Source: Chiloscyllium plagiosum
Lineage: Eukaryota
NCBI RefSeq assembly: GCF_004010195.1
Contig: NC_057718.1
Location: forward strand, 11,577,186 to 11,641,185
DNA: 64,000 bases
Direction: 5' to 3'
The stretch's first letter is position 1, and the number at the start of each line of letters is the position of its first letter. The position numbers and the translations under genes are program-made. Below, in pieces: positions 37,770-50,419 of the stretch. The notes beneath the pieces are model-generated. The model did no database searches. It saw only the letters and a program-made list of their open reading frames with translations, and was not told where the DNA came from.

Positions 37770-40229
37770 TGACTATTCCAACACATTCCTGACCAACCTG
37801 CCATACTCTTACAGTTGTAAACTTCAGGCCATCCAAAACCCCCCAATCCATGTCTTCGCTCAGACCAATGAAGAGGGTCCAATGTGTTTGGAGTTCTCTC
37901 CTTGAGCCATCAGTGAAGGTTAGGCCACGAAAATAGTCAAGGTTGAGTTGGACAGCTTTCCAATCAACAAAGAGAGAAGTCAAAGACCATGTGGCACAGG
38001 CAGTAGAAAACAGCTGAGACTACAATCATGATCTTATTCAATGAAAAGGTAGACCTGAGGGGCTGAATGGCCCACACATGCTCCTCTTTCTTATGATACT
38101 ACACGCTTCAAAGATAAAGAATGCTTGCAAAAAATGATGCGGGTTCCTGGGAAGATCTTGTGAGATATATCAGTGGCTGACAGCTGAACACCACCCTATC
38201 ACTCCCCTTCCAACTTTGTAATGACCTCTAGGAGGTTGGGTCTCCCTCCCTTGGAGTGAGTGGCAGCTATGTTGCAAATAGCAGCAGGCCTTCAGGCAGG
38301 AGGCAGTGTAGCCAGTTTCCAGCTCAGAGGAAAGATTGGAGATTAAAGCATAATCTTCAAACAGTGGCTGCTTCTGTGTCTCCAACCTCTCAGGGTCATC
38401 TAATGCCACTGGAGCTGTAAATGAGAGAGAAAGACCTGTATTTATGCCATAGCTTTCACAACCATTGAGTCTTCTGAACATTTTATAGCCGACCTAGTCT
38501 TTTTTTGAGGTGAAGTCACTGTTGTAATGTAGGAAAACACAACAGACGATTTACACACAGCAAGCTCTCACAAACAGCATTGCCCAATAATCTGAGATTG
38601 TGATAATTTTCTTTGTACTTGCTCATGGAACAAGTGGATAACTCTGGCTAGACCCAGCATTTACTGTCATCTCTGATTGCCCAGAGGGCAGTTAAGGGTC
38701 AGCCACGTCACTACAGGTCTGGAGTCACATGAAGGTCTGACCAGGTAAGGATTGCAAATTTCCTTCAGGACATTTGTGAAACGGATGGGTTTTAATGTCA
38801 ATCATTTGTGGTTTTAATGGTAATCATCCATTTCCAGATTTTTTTATTGAATCAAAGTTTCCAGATCTGCCAAAGTGAGATTTGAACACGTTCCCAGAGT
38901 ACAGGCCTGGGGCTCTGGATTAGTGACATTATCACTGCAATAGCACCTCCGCTGAGTGAGGTACATTTATAGGCCAGGACAATGGGGAGAACTCTCTGTT
39001 CTTCTTCCACATAATGCTACAAGATCTTTTTACATCCAGTTGAGAGGGCAGATATCTCAGCTGACAGATCTCACTTCCAACATGGCTGCACTCCATCGGT
39101 ACTCCAATAGAAATGGCCACCTTGAATTTCCTGCTCAAATCTTGGACTGGGACTTTGTGAACGGAGGTGAGGGGGCTACCAACTGAGCCACGGATGACAT
39201 CAATATGAGGCCTACAAAGACTGAGACACGTTCTGCAAAGTAATCACAAGGACACTGGAAATACCGACTAAACTCAGTCCCTCATGACATAGGACATAAC
39301 CTCTTTGAAGAGAGCATTACATTTGGAGCAGAGTCAACAGTCGTGCAAAAAGTCTTGTTTGCAACTGATGATGAGCAAAAATGAGTCAAATCATTTTGGA
39401 GTGCGACTGGCGTCAGCTAGGTTAACATTGTGGAGATGGACTGTAACCCACACCATGGGGGAAACAGGCTGTCCTGCTACATGCAACTTGCTGCCAAAGA
39501 TCTACTGGCAATAACTCCTGCACTCTAATTAATATCTCCTATTTTAGGCTGATTAATTGCTGTGCATTTGGCATGGGACATTATTTTTCAACCAAGCAAA
39601 CTGTTTCCCTGTGAGTTGACGGCCTTCCTGTAAACATTGCCCTGAAGCTGAAGTTTGTAGAGAACCCTGAGTCACTGAAGCCATGCTGGATCTAGAGTGA
39701 CGAATGTGACATTTATTTGTAGACCTGCCACCCAGCCTCTTAATTTATTGAATATGAAAGAGCAAACAGTTATTTGAAGGTCTCTATGATTACACAATTA
39801 CTATGTGTGTGGATCTTTCTCAACAGCATTTTATTTAGTCTTGACTGGGATGTGGGGGCAAAAAGAAACAAAGTGCATCAGGCAGAGAATTAAAAATGTG
39901 CGGCTAAGATTTCCAGTAGCTCAGCAGGTCGTAACCGAACAGAGTGCCTTTCCAACTGACCACATCACATCTGGCTCCATTTCACCTGGACCACAAAATG
40001 AGCTTGTCTAGATTTCTGGATTATCTGTTGCAATTGTCCAGTGTGCCATGGTGTTTCAAAAAGCTAGTAGCACAATAGTACTGTGCATGATGTGAATTCT
40101 AACAATCCATGTATTTCACACTGGATTAAACACAAGATATGACAGCAAATATCAATTAACTGAACTGTAGGAAGATAGCCCCATGTGCGTATGTAGTTGG
40201 CGTGTGTGTGTGGCCATCAAACCCTCATT

Positions 40230-42630
40230 ATTCCTTCATCGCGACAGGAGAGATAATTGTGGAAGGGGAGGTGGTGTTGCTCTTTTGATCAAGTGATCAG
40301 TTACAGCAATAAGAAGGAGTGATGTCTTAGAAGTCTGTAAAACAAAAAAGGGAGCAATTGCATTATAGGGAGTGTACTATAGACCCCCAAAGAATCAAGT
40401 AAAGATTAAAAAGATAGATATGTAGGCTAATCACAGAGACCTGGAAGAACTTAGATAATGGCAAAGCAAGTCATATATGCAAATTTGCTGCTGACACCTA
40501 GTTAGGCCACGTTGTAGACAGTAAAGGCGATCACAAAGGGACATTGATAGATTTAGTGAATGGGCCAAACTGCAGCTAGTAGAGTTCAATGTAAGCAAGT
40601 CTAGGGTTATCCCGCTTGGGCCAAGAAAGGATAGATCAAGGTATTTTCTAGATGTTATCATGGTGAATACTGTGGTTGTCCAAACAGACTGGGAGGTTCT
40701 GGTGCATAGATCTTTACAATGTTATGAACAGGTGCAGAAAATAATCAAGAAAACTCATGGCACGCTGGCCTTTATATCGAGAGGGCTGGAGAACAAGGAG
40801 GCAAATGTTCCGCTGCAGTTATTTAAAACCCCGGTTCGAACCCGCTTGGAGCACAGTGAGCAGGTCTGGGCATCAAACCTTCAGAACAGCTTGGCCCTGG
40901 AAGGAGTACAACACAAGCTTACAAGAATGATACCTGGACTTCAGGCATTATGAGGAGAGATCATACAAATTAAGCCTGTTTTCTCTCGAATTTAGAAGGT
41001 TTAGAAGTCTTCAAGATTTTAACAGGTAAAGACACAGTAGAGAAAGGTAAACTATTTCCACTGGTTGGGATTCTAGAGTTAGGGGCACAGTCTGAGAGGT
41101 AAGGCCAGACCAATAAAGGGTGGCAGAGGTTAGGAGCTCTCCTCTAATAACGGCAGTGGATGTAGGATCAGTTGTTAATTTTAAATGTGAGATACATCAT
41201 TTTTTGTTAAGCAAAGGTGTTAATGGATACAGGCCAAAGGCAGGACCATGGAGTTCGGCTACAGATCAGCCATGATCTCATTGATTGGTGGAACAGGCTC
41301 GAGGGGCAGAATGGCCTACTCCGGTTCCTATGTTTCTAAAAACAGGGCAGTAAGAAGGATTTCAATGTCCCAATATTAACTGGGATAGACAGAATGTGAA
41401 AGGCTTCGTAGGAATTTTGAAATGTGACCAAGAGAGCTCTCGAAGCCATTGCGTGGAATTCCGACAAGAGAGGAGATAGTGTTGGACCGAACTTTAGGAA
41501 ACAAAGCCAGGCAAGTGGTAGTTGTGGCAGAGGGGGAAAGATTCTTATAGTGACCTTAACTCTCTAAGATTTTAGGTCATTGTGGAAAAGTTGGACAGGA
41601 AATAAATGTTCTGAACTGAGGGCAGGACAATCAAAATTTCAGATGCTAGATCTGGGCAAAGGGGACAAGGAGCATCTACTGGTTTGGAAAATCCACATCC
41701 GAGCAGTGGGATTTCTTTAGAAAGGGAATAGTGAGAATGCAAGTCCAACATGTTCCTGTAAAGGCGATGGGGCAAGGTTCAAAGAATTCCAGGGAACGCT
41801 GGCTGCTGAGGATTGTTACAGGAATAGACTCAAGAAAGAGAGAAAGCATGCAATAGATACAGAGGACTCAAAACAGCAGAAACCCTAAAGGATTAAAGAA
41901 AGTGCTGAGGGTTATTTAAGAAAAAAACTAGGAATGCAAAGAGCAGTGTGAAAAACCACATGGGCAAATAAAGGATAATCGAAACATATTTTACTGGTCT
42001 ATCTGAAGCAAGAGGACAAATAAGCATAGATCCATTAGGAACAAAAGTGGCGAAGAGAATGTGGATCCAGGAGATGGAGGTGGGGTTTACATGACTGCTT
42101 TGTTACCTGTGTTCACTAAAGAGCAGGAAGATGGTGGTATAGAAATCAGCAACAGTGACTGTCATAAATTTGAACAAATTCACCTTGAGATGGAGGGGGA
42201 GGCATCAGCAGTTTCTGCAGATTTAAAATTGGATAAAGATGAGGTGCATCCATGGCTGCTGAGGGAGATATGGGGGGAAATTGCAGGGCTCCTGAAATTA
42301 ATTTTCAAATCCTTTCTGGACACAGGAGAAGTGCTGGAAGACCAGAGGACATCTAAGGTGGTACCATTACTCCAGGAGGGTGGTAAGGATTAAGTATAGG
42401 CCAGGGCAGAGGCTTAGTGAGTATTTAACGAGAAATTACATCCCCCAGGAGTTGGAGAGAATCTGGAACTCACGGTCTGAAATGGTGGCAGACATGGCAA
42501 CATTTACGACTTATTTTGATGAGCACTTGACATTCCATTGAATTCAAGGCCAAGTGCCAAATGCTAGGGAATGTGTTTACGGTAGAAAGGTGGACACAAT
42601 AGGCCGAAAGGGGCTTTTCCCATGCTGCAA
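40230..42630 (+). mobile_element. Composite degenerate CR1 (endonuclease/RT pieces with a second CR1 3' fragment at ~40470-41335)
   Basis: gggagtgtactatagaccccc (GVYYRPP), LAFISRGLE.K...LQLFKT.VR..LE, HPWLLREI..EIAG.L..IF..FLDTGEV.ED.R...VVPL. Confidence 0.8.
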
Positions 42631-44877
42631 TACTGGATGTATTTATTTTCGAATCAGTCTGTTCAGAGATGCTATTTCATGCTTCGGGAGCAGGTGGGAC
42701 ATGACCCAGAGGTAGCACAGAGGTAGGGACACAACATGAAGCTTGTTATACTCTTTGGCCCTATGACTATAATCAGTTTCAGGTGACGTTGATTGATGGA
42801 TAAGTGTAGGCTCAGAGACTGGGGAGAAATTCTCTGTTGTTTCTTTGGAATAGTACCTTGGAATTTTTTACATTGGAAAGGACAAAGAACGCCTCAGCAC
42901 TGCGCTGGAGTATAAGTCTTGATTTTGTGCATCAGTTCACAGAGTGAAACTTGAATTCGCAATCTTCTGACTCACAGGCATGAGTGCTACCCAATGAACC
43001 ACAAAGGAGAACAGACTCACTCAACAGCCAGTTCTATGGTTTCCCAAATATTTCAGTGTCTGGGAAAGAGGACTTACACAGAAAGATCAAATAATGACAG
43101 GATCCTGGAGAGCTGCACACATAACATCCCCAATAATCCTTTTGGCTTGCACAGCCAGACATCTCACACTTCCCAGATCCAATGTGTGATTGCATAAGAA
43201 CAATACACAATTTTTCTATCCAAAGCATCAACTTGCTTAACACAAACTGATGGTGTCTATAGAATTGCAGAAAAATCCCTCATCTTCCTTTAAATCGAGG
43301 AAGTCCTTCAGAAAGAGAAAGGTACAGCTTGCATTGTATAGGGTGGAATCTTATCATTTTGTGACGAAGTGTAAATCATGTTAAGGTTGTTGGAGTGGTT
43401 TTTGCCATGAGGCAGAGCAAGTTTTCTTGCTGTTACTTTTGTTTTTAATTTACTTGTGGGAAGTGGGCATCATTGGCTGGGTCAGCATTTATTGCCCGTC
43501 CCTAGTTACCCTTGAGAAGGTGATGGTGAGCTGCCTCCTTGAACCATTGCAGTCCATGTGCTGTCGGTAGATGCACAAGTGGAATATTCCATCACTCTTC
43601 TGACTTGTACCTTGTAGATATTGGCTTTGGGGACTGAAGAGGTGAGAGCAGTTACAGTTTTCCTACCTTCTGACCTGCTGTTGTAACCACTGTGTTGAGA
43701 TGGCTGGGCCAGTTCAGTTTCTAGATAATGCTAACCCCTACGATGTTGATAGTGTGTGTTATGCATCTAATTCAGACATTTGTTCAATGCAGATAGTGAT
43801 GGCACATTCTGTGATAAAACCCATCTATTAAAATCATCCAAACCAATAACTGCTATTAGTTAGGAATTAGAAACATGATAAAATGTGTTTTTTAATTAAG
43901 TTGACTAAATAAAAACAAACTAACTCAATTTTATGTACATATATACATATCTTTTCTCCAATTGTAATTGCAGCCTTTTTCTGGAAATTATAATCTTAAT
44001 ATGCTCATAAAATAACTTATAAAACCATAATTATATGGAATTTAGTCAAAACTAACAATTTAGTGTCTTCTACTCTCCATTTAGTCTTTCCACTGCTGTT
44101 GTGGATGTTAATTGGTTTCGTGATCCACTTGGGGGCTGGGAATACGTGTGAGTGATCTGATTCCTTTTCTTGTCCCATTCCTCCACTTATCAAAGTTTAA
44201 AATATAAAAAGTGGCAATATTGCCAATTGCATTAATCACTCTGTGTATAGTTCACTGCCAGGAACAACTCAGCCAGGCCCCTATGTAACAACCAAAGAAT
44301 TAACTTCGTGCAAACAAAACTTACTCAAAGATTATTAACAAAAGGGTTAAACAATACAAATTTACACATACACTTGCAAGTCAGGGGAAAAATACAAAAC
44401 TCTACAGAATGCTATCTTTAAAGTATTTTGGTTAAGTAACAGTCAAATTCAGGAAAGAAATAATTACTCACATTTTGTTTAAATGTTAGCCTGTAGTCAA
44501 AGACACTTTGTCTAAGGACTGTTGGGGTTGGGGTGTCTAACTGGGTCAGTCACGCCAGATGAATTCACTTTTCTGAAGACAGTGGTGGAGATTTCAGGTT
44601 CTCCTATAGTAATCTGTTAGAGATATTCCATTGAGTTTACACCTCTCAAATTTTGATGAGAGGTGTTTCAGAGAAAAGAGAGATAAAGAGCAAAGGCTGT
44701 TGCTTCAGGCAAGTTATCTTTCTGATGCGTGATGAAATCAATATCCTTGTTATACTCAAAAAGAGAAAAATAAAATGAAATTCTTCAGATAAGAAAAAGA
44801 CGCACATATAGGATGTTCCTGGTTGCTATGTCACATTATAGAGTACACTGAGTTCCGTAGTCTATGCCTGAAGGCAA

Positions 44878-45100
44878 CAAAGTTAAAAATCACATCACAC
44901 CAGGTTATAGTCCAACAGGTTTAATTGGAAGCACTAGCTTTTGGAGCGCCGCTCCTTCATCAGGTGGTTGTGAGATGAAGCACCTGATGAAGGAACGTCG
45001 CTCCGAAAGCTAATGTGCTTCCAATGAAACCTGTTGGACTATAACCTGGTGTGGTGTGAGTTTTAACTTTGTCCACCCCAGTCCAACACTAGCAACTCCA
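44878..45100. mobile_element. Penelope-type inverted-repeat element (family B) with back-to-back hammerhead motifs
   Basis: ~90-bp inverted arms between 44878 and 45071, each containing CAC CTGATGA A GGA(G/A)C nnn GCTCC (G/A)AAA GCTA..GTG. Confidence 0.8.
44977..45021 (+). ncRNA. Candidate minimal type I hammerhead ribozyme
   Basis: GAAGCAC-CUGAUGA-A-GGAACgucGCUCC-GAAA-GC-UA-au-GUGCUUC: intact catalytic boxes, 7-bp stem I, palindromic AGCU stem III, 2 extra nt after the cleavage site. Confidence 0.6.
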
Positions 45101-45327
45101 TGACTTTGAATGGCCGGCCTTTGGTTGATAGGCAGCCAGATAATGAACATCCCAGTAAGAGAGAATCGAAACACCCCCTCTTGACATTGTTGGGCAAGAG
45201 GAGCCCAAGAAAGTCAAAAGCAATAGCAGCATAAATACCGCAACTGGAACATTCTGGATATTCTGTAGTGAATATCTCAATTCCTGATTACCCAAAACCC
45301 CTTCAGAGACTGCAATGCATAAGTTGT

Positions 45328-45636
45328 GGGCGGCACGGTGGCACAGCGGTTAGCACTGCTGCCTCACAGTGCCAGAGACCCGGGATCAATTCCTGCCTCA
45401 GGCAACTGTCTGTGTGGATATTGCACATTCTCCCCGTGTCTGAGTGGGTTTCCTCCGGGTGCTCCGGTTTCCTCCCACAGTCCAAAAAATGTGCAGGTTA
45501 GGTGAATTGGCCATGCTAAATTGCCCATAGTGTTAGGTGAAAGGGTAAATGTAGGGGAATGGGTCTGGGTGGGTTGCTCTTCAGAGGACTTGTTGGGCCA
45601 AAGGGCCTGTTTCTACACTGTAAGTAATCTAATCTA
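45328..45636 (+). mobile_element. Full-length HE1/V-SINE
   Basis: gggcggcacggtggcacagcggttagcactgctgcctcacag head, V-domain, tail gtaagtaatctaatct. Confidence 0.92.
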
Positions 45637-46740
45637 AGTCAGGAGTGTGATGTGAAACTTCACACTTGTCTGGATGAGTGCAGCTCCAGCAACACTCAAG
45701 GAGCTCAAAACTTATTGGAGACAAAACTTATTAAGTACCACGTTCAGAGTCTTAGTCATCCATTCCTTCTGCACCAATGGACTATGTACCGTGCAAAGGG
45801 TACCCTACAACAATTTGCGGTGGCTTTTTAGACCGTACAACCCAAGTCCATGATTATTACCACCAAGAAGGACAAATGCAGCATGAGGCAGTTGTGTTTT
45901 GGTTATATCACTGCACTGGAAATCCAGGATCCCAGGCTAATGTTCTGAGAGCATGAGTTCGAATCCCACTAACATGGATGGTGAAATTTGAATTTAAAAA
46001 AAGATCTGGAATTAAAAGCGAGTGGCGAATACATACTATTGTCAATTGCCATAAAAATCCTTTGTGTTCACTAATGTCATTTAGGAAAGAAAATCTATAA
46101 ACATCATCTTTTTTTATTTTTCTGTACTTTTGATTGTGGACTCAAATGAAAGACAAATTGTTCTAAAAACCAATAAGTGTGGAAAGGATTGGTGCACTTT
46201 TTAAAAGCAAGTTACCTGACTCTCAGTGCAAGTGTTATTTACACTGCTGCTTGTTAAAGCAGTGGAGACAGGCCAGAGCCAGGCATGTGTACGACTGGAC
46301 TCAGTCAGGAATAATTAGCTGATCGGTCTGGGGAATGGTGACCTGTTGTCAGTGACAAAGCTCTTCCACCCTCAACAACTTTGTGATTGGCTCCCAGAGA
46401 GCTGAACAGCTTGTGGGTGGGAATATTTGGGCCGAAGCCATTGGACCTCCACAGTGGGAGGTGCTGTCCTCCTATCGCAGTAAAATAAACAGCTAAAGCC
46501 TAAAGAAAGCCAACTTATTTTCCTTCATTAGTCACTGCAAGCTGAGGGTTGTAACCAATTGTGGGAGGCTTTATTAGTGTGAACTAGTTGCACTGTGCCT
46601 CCTTCACATGAGTGGAGGTAGCTGGAGAAGGAAGGTCACGGATAAGCAGGAGATGGCAAGCCAGAAGAACCATCACAGTGAACCCAGTCAGCAAAGGAGC
46701 ATTGAACAGCCTTCCAAGATTACTCTCCACCCATTTACTG

Positions 46741-49155
46741 TGTCAGTGTGTGTGTGTGTGTGTGTCTGTGTCAGTGTGTATGTTTTGGTGTGTGTGTGTA
46801 TCTGTGTCAGTGTGTATGTGTCGGTGTGTGCGAGTGTGTGTCTGTGTTTCTGTGTCAGTGTGTATGTGTCAGTGTATGTGTCTGTGTCAGTGTGTATGTT
46901 AAGTGTGTGTGTGTCTGTGTGTCTGTGTCAGCGNNNNNNNNNNNNNNNNNNNNNNNNNNNNNNNNNNNNNNNNNNNNNNNNNNNNNNNNNNNNNNNNNNN
47001 NNNNNNNNNNNNTCAGTGTGTATGTGTCGGTGTGTGCGTGTGTGTGTCTGTGTCAGTGTGTACGTGTCAGCGTGTATGTGTTGGTGTGCATATGTGTGTC
47101 TGTGTCAGTGTGTATGTGTCGGTGTGTGTGTGTCTGTATCAGTGTGTATGTGTCGGTGTGTGCGTGTGTGTGTCTGTGTCAGTGTGTGCGTGTGTATGTC
47201 TGTGTCAGTGTGTACGGGTCGGTGTGTGTGTGTCTGTGTCAGTGTGTGCGTGTGTATGTCTGTGTCAGTGTGAACGTGTCGGTGTGTGTGTGTCTGTGTC
47301 AGTGTGTATGTGTCGGTGTGTGTGTGTGTCTGTGTCAGTGTGTATGTGTCGGTGTGTGTGTGTGTCTGTGTCAGTGTGTATGTGTCGGTGTGTGTGTGTG
47401 TCTGTGTCAGTGTGTATGTGTCGGTGTGTGTGTGTGTCTGTGTCAGTGTGTATGTGTCGGTGTGTGTGTGTGTCTGTGTCAGTGTGTATGTGTCGGTGTG
47501 TGTGTGTGTCTGTGTCAGTGTGTATGTGTCGGTGTGTGTGTGTGTCTGTGTCAGTGTGTATGTGTCGGTGTGTGTGTGTGTCTGTGTCAGTGTGTATGTG
47601 TCGGTGTGTGTGTGTGTCTGTGTCAGTGTGTATGTGTCGGTGTGTGTGTGTGTCTGTGTCAGTGTGTATGTGTCGGTGTGTGTGTGTGTCTGTGTCAGTG
47701 TGTATGTGTCGGTGTGTGTGTGTGTCTGTGTCAGTGTGTATGTGTCGGTGTGTGTGTGTGTCTGTGTCAGTGTGTATGTGTCGGTGTGTGTGTGTGTCTG
47801 AGTGTGTATGTGTCGGTGTGTGCGTGTGTGTGTCTGTGTCAGTGTGTGCGTGTGTATGTCTGTGTCAGTGTGTACGTGTCGGTGTGTGTGTCTGTGTCAG
47901 TGTGTGCGTGTCGGTGTGTGCGTGTCGGTGTGTGCGTGACAGTGTGTGCGTGACGATGTGTGCGTGTCTGTGTCAGTGTGTATGTGTCGGTGTGTATGTG
48001 TCGGTGTGTATGTGTCGGTGTGTGCGTGTCGGTGTGTGCGTGTCGGTGTGTGCGTGACGATGTGTGTGTGTCTGTGTCAGTGTGTATGTGTCGGTGTGTG
48101 TGTGTCTGTGTCAGTGTGTATGTGTCGGTGTGTGCGTGTGTGTGTCTGTGTCAGTGTGTGCGTGTGTGTGTCTGTGTCAGTGTGTACGTGTCAGCGTGTA
48201 TGTGTTGGTGTGCATATGTGTGTCTGTGTCAGTGTGTATGTGTCGGTGTGTGTGTGTCTGTATCAGTGTGTATGTGTCGGTGTGTGCGTGTGTGTGTCTG
48301 TGTCAGTGTGTGCGTGTGTATGTCTGTGTCAGTGTGTACGTGTCGGTGTGTGTGTCTGTGTCAGTGTGTGCGTGTCGGTGTGTGCGTGTCGGTGTGTGCG
48401 TGACGGTGTGTGCGTGACGATGTGTGCGTGTCTGTGTCAGTGTGTCTGTGTCAGTGTGCATGTGTCAGTGTGTGCGTGTGTGTGTCTGTGTGTCTGTGTC
48501 GGTGTGCATGTGTCGGTGTGTGTGTCTGTGTCAGTGTGTATGTGTCGGCGTGTGTATGTGTGTCTGTGTCAGTGTGTATGTGTCGGTGTGTGTGTGTCTG
48601 TGTCAGTGTGTATGTGTCGGCGTGTGTGTGTGTGTCTGTGTCAGTGTGTATGTGCCGGTGTGTGTGTGTGTCTGTATCAGTGTGTATGTGTTGGTGTGTG
48701 CGTGTGTTTGTCTGTGTCAGTGTGTACGTGTCGGTGTGTACGTGTTGGTGTGTTTGTGTCTGTGTCAGTGTGTGCGTGTGTGTCTGTGTCAGTGTGTACG
48801 TGTCGGTGTGTGTGTGTCTGTGTCGGTGTGTGCGTGTCGGTGTGTGCGTGTCGGTGTGTGCATGTCTGTGTCATATGTGTTGGTGTGTGCGTGTGTGTGT
48901 CTGTGTCAGTGTGTACGTGTCGGTGTGTGTGTGTCTGTGTCGGTGTGTGCGTGTCGGTGTGTGCGTGTCTGTGTCAGTGTGTATGTGTCGGTGTGTGTGT
49001 GTGTGTGTCTGTGTCTGTCTGTCTGTGTCAGTGCGTATGTGTCAGTGTGTGTGTGCGCGCACGCGCTTGTGTGTCTGTGTGAGTCTCTGTGTCTGTCAGT
49101 GTGTGTGAGTCTGCCAGTGTGTGTGTGTGCCTGTGTGTCTGTCAGTGTGTATGCG
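46741..49155. repeat. 2.4-kb (GT)-based compound satellite; homogeneous 36-bp unit at ~47293-47796
   Basis: Unit tctgtgtcagtgtgtatgtgtcggtgtgtgtgtgtg; sequence at 47401, 47581 and 47761 starts identically (5 x 36 = 180). Confidence 0.97.
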
Positions 49156-49404
49156 TAGAAGGAGTTTTATAAACAGCTTTCAGTTTTACCTCATTGTTAG
49201 ATGCCAATAGTTTGTAGAATTTATGTAGCTATAATTTATATTAATATAGAATAAAAAGTCATTTTTGTTAAGTACAGAAACACATCCATTCTTTCTGTTA
49301 ACCCGGGTCTAAATGACAGGTACTTTGGAAATCTTGCTCACTTTTATAAAAGCTTTAACGTCTGTGACGACTGCAGGAATAGTGGGGCTTGATTTCCAGT
49401 GGAC

Positions 49405-50193
49405 CTCATCAGAGGTGATGTGACCAATGTGTGAGGGCTCACCAGAGGGGATGTGACCAATGTGTAAGGGCTCACCAGAGAGAATGTGACCAATGTGTGA
49501 GGAATCATCAGATGGGATGTGACCAATGTGTGAGGGCTCATCAGAGGGGATGTGACCAATGTGTGAGGGCTCAGAGGCGATGTGACCAACGTGTGAGTGC
49601 TCATCAGAGGGGAGGTGCCCAATGTGTGAGGGCTCAGAGGGGATGTGACCAATTTGTGAGGGCTCATCAGAGAGGATATGACCAATGTGTGAGGGCTCAT
49701 CAGAGGGGATGTGACCAATGTGTGAGTGCTCATCAGAGGGGATGTGACCAATGTGTGAGGACTCATCAGAGGGGAGGTGCCCAATGTGTGAGGGCTCATC
49801 AGAGGGGATGTGACCAATGTGTGAGGACTCAGCAGAGGGGAGGTGACCAATGTGTGAGGACTCATCAGAGGGGATGTGACCAATGTGAGGGGACTCATCA
49901 GAGGGGAGGTGACCAATGTGTGAGGACTCATCAGAGGGGAGGTGACCAATGTGTGAGGGCTCAGAGGGGATGTGACCAATGTGTGAGGGCTCAGAGGGGA
50001 TGTGACCAATGTGTGAGGGCTCAGAGGGGATGCCAATGTGTGAGTGCTCATCAGAGGGGATGTGACCAATGTGTGAGGGCTCATCAGAGGGGATGTGACC
50101 AATGTGTGAGGACTAATCAGAGGGGATTTGACCAATGTGTGAGTGCTCATCAGAGGGGATGTGACCAATGTGTGAGGGCTCAGAGGGGATGTG
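49405..50193. repeat. 33/30-bp minisatellite (ctc[atc]agaggggatgtgaccaatgtgtgaggg), ~24 copies
   Basis: Directly visible; the ORFs on both strands are repeat translations. Confidence 0.97.
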
Positions 50194-50419
50194 AGGAATT
50201 TCCTTTTCACCCAGAGGCGCCGGTAATCTGGAACTCACTGCTCATAAGGGTGGGAGAGGCAGAAACCCTCACAACATTGAAGAAGCTCTGAGATGTGATG
50301 TCCAGGCCATGGACCGAGGGCTGGGAAATGGGATTTGAGAAGGTGGGTGCTTTGTTTTTAATGAGCCCAGACTCTGTAGGCCAAAGGGTGTTTTTTCTGT
50401 GCTCTAAACCTCTATGACT
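50182..50419 (+). mobile_element. CR1 3' end contiguous with the minisatellite
   Basis: agaggggatgtgagg...ttttcacccagagg...atctggaactcactg...gaggcagaaaccctcacaacatt; tail ctctatgact. Confidence 0.8.

Noticed and set aside
45328..45400. tRNA gene
   Set aside because: It is the tRNA-derived head of a SINE, continuous with the V-domain and LINE-like tail.
46608..49158. Long Cys/Val-rich ORFs (up to 401 aa)
   Set aside because: These are translations of the GT satellite, open in several frames, with no coding signature.
49344..50291. 286-288 aa ORFs with CDQC repeats that look like zinc fingers or mucin repeats
   Set aside because: They arise from a stop-free minisatellite with units in multiples of 3, are open on both strands, and lack C2H2 spacing and splice context.
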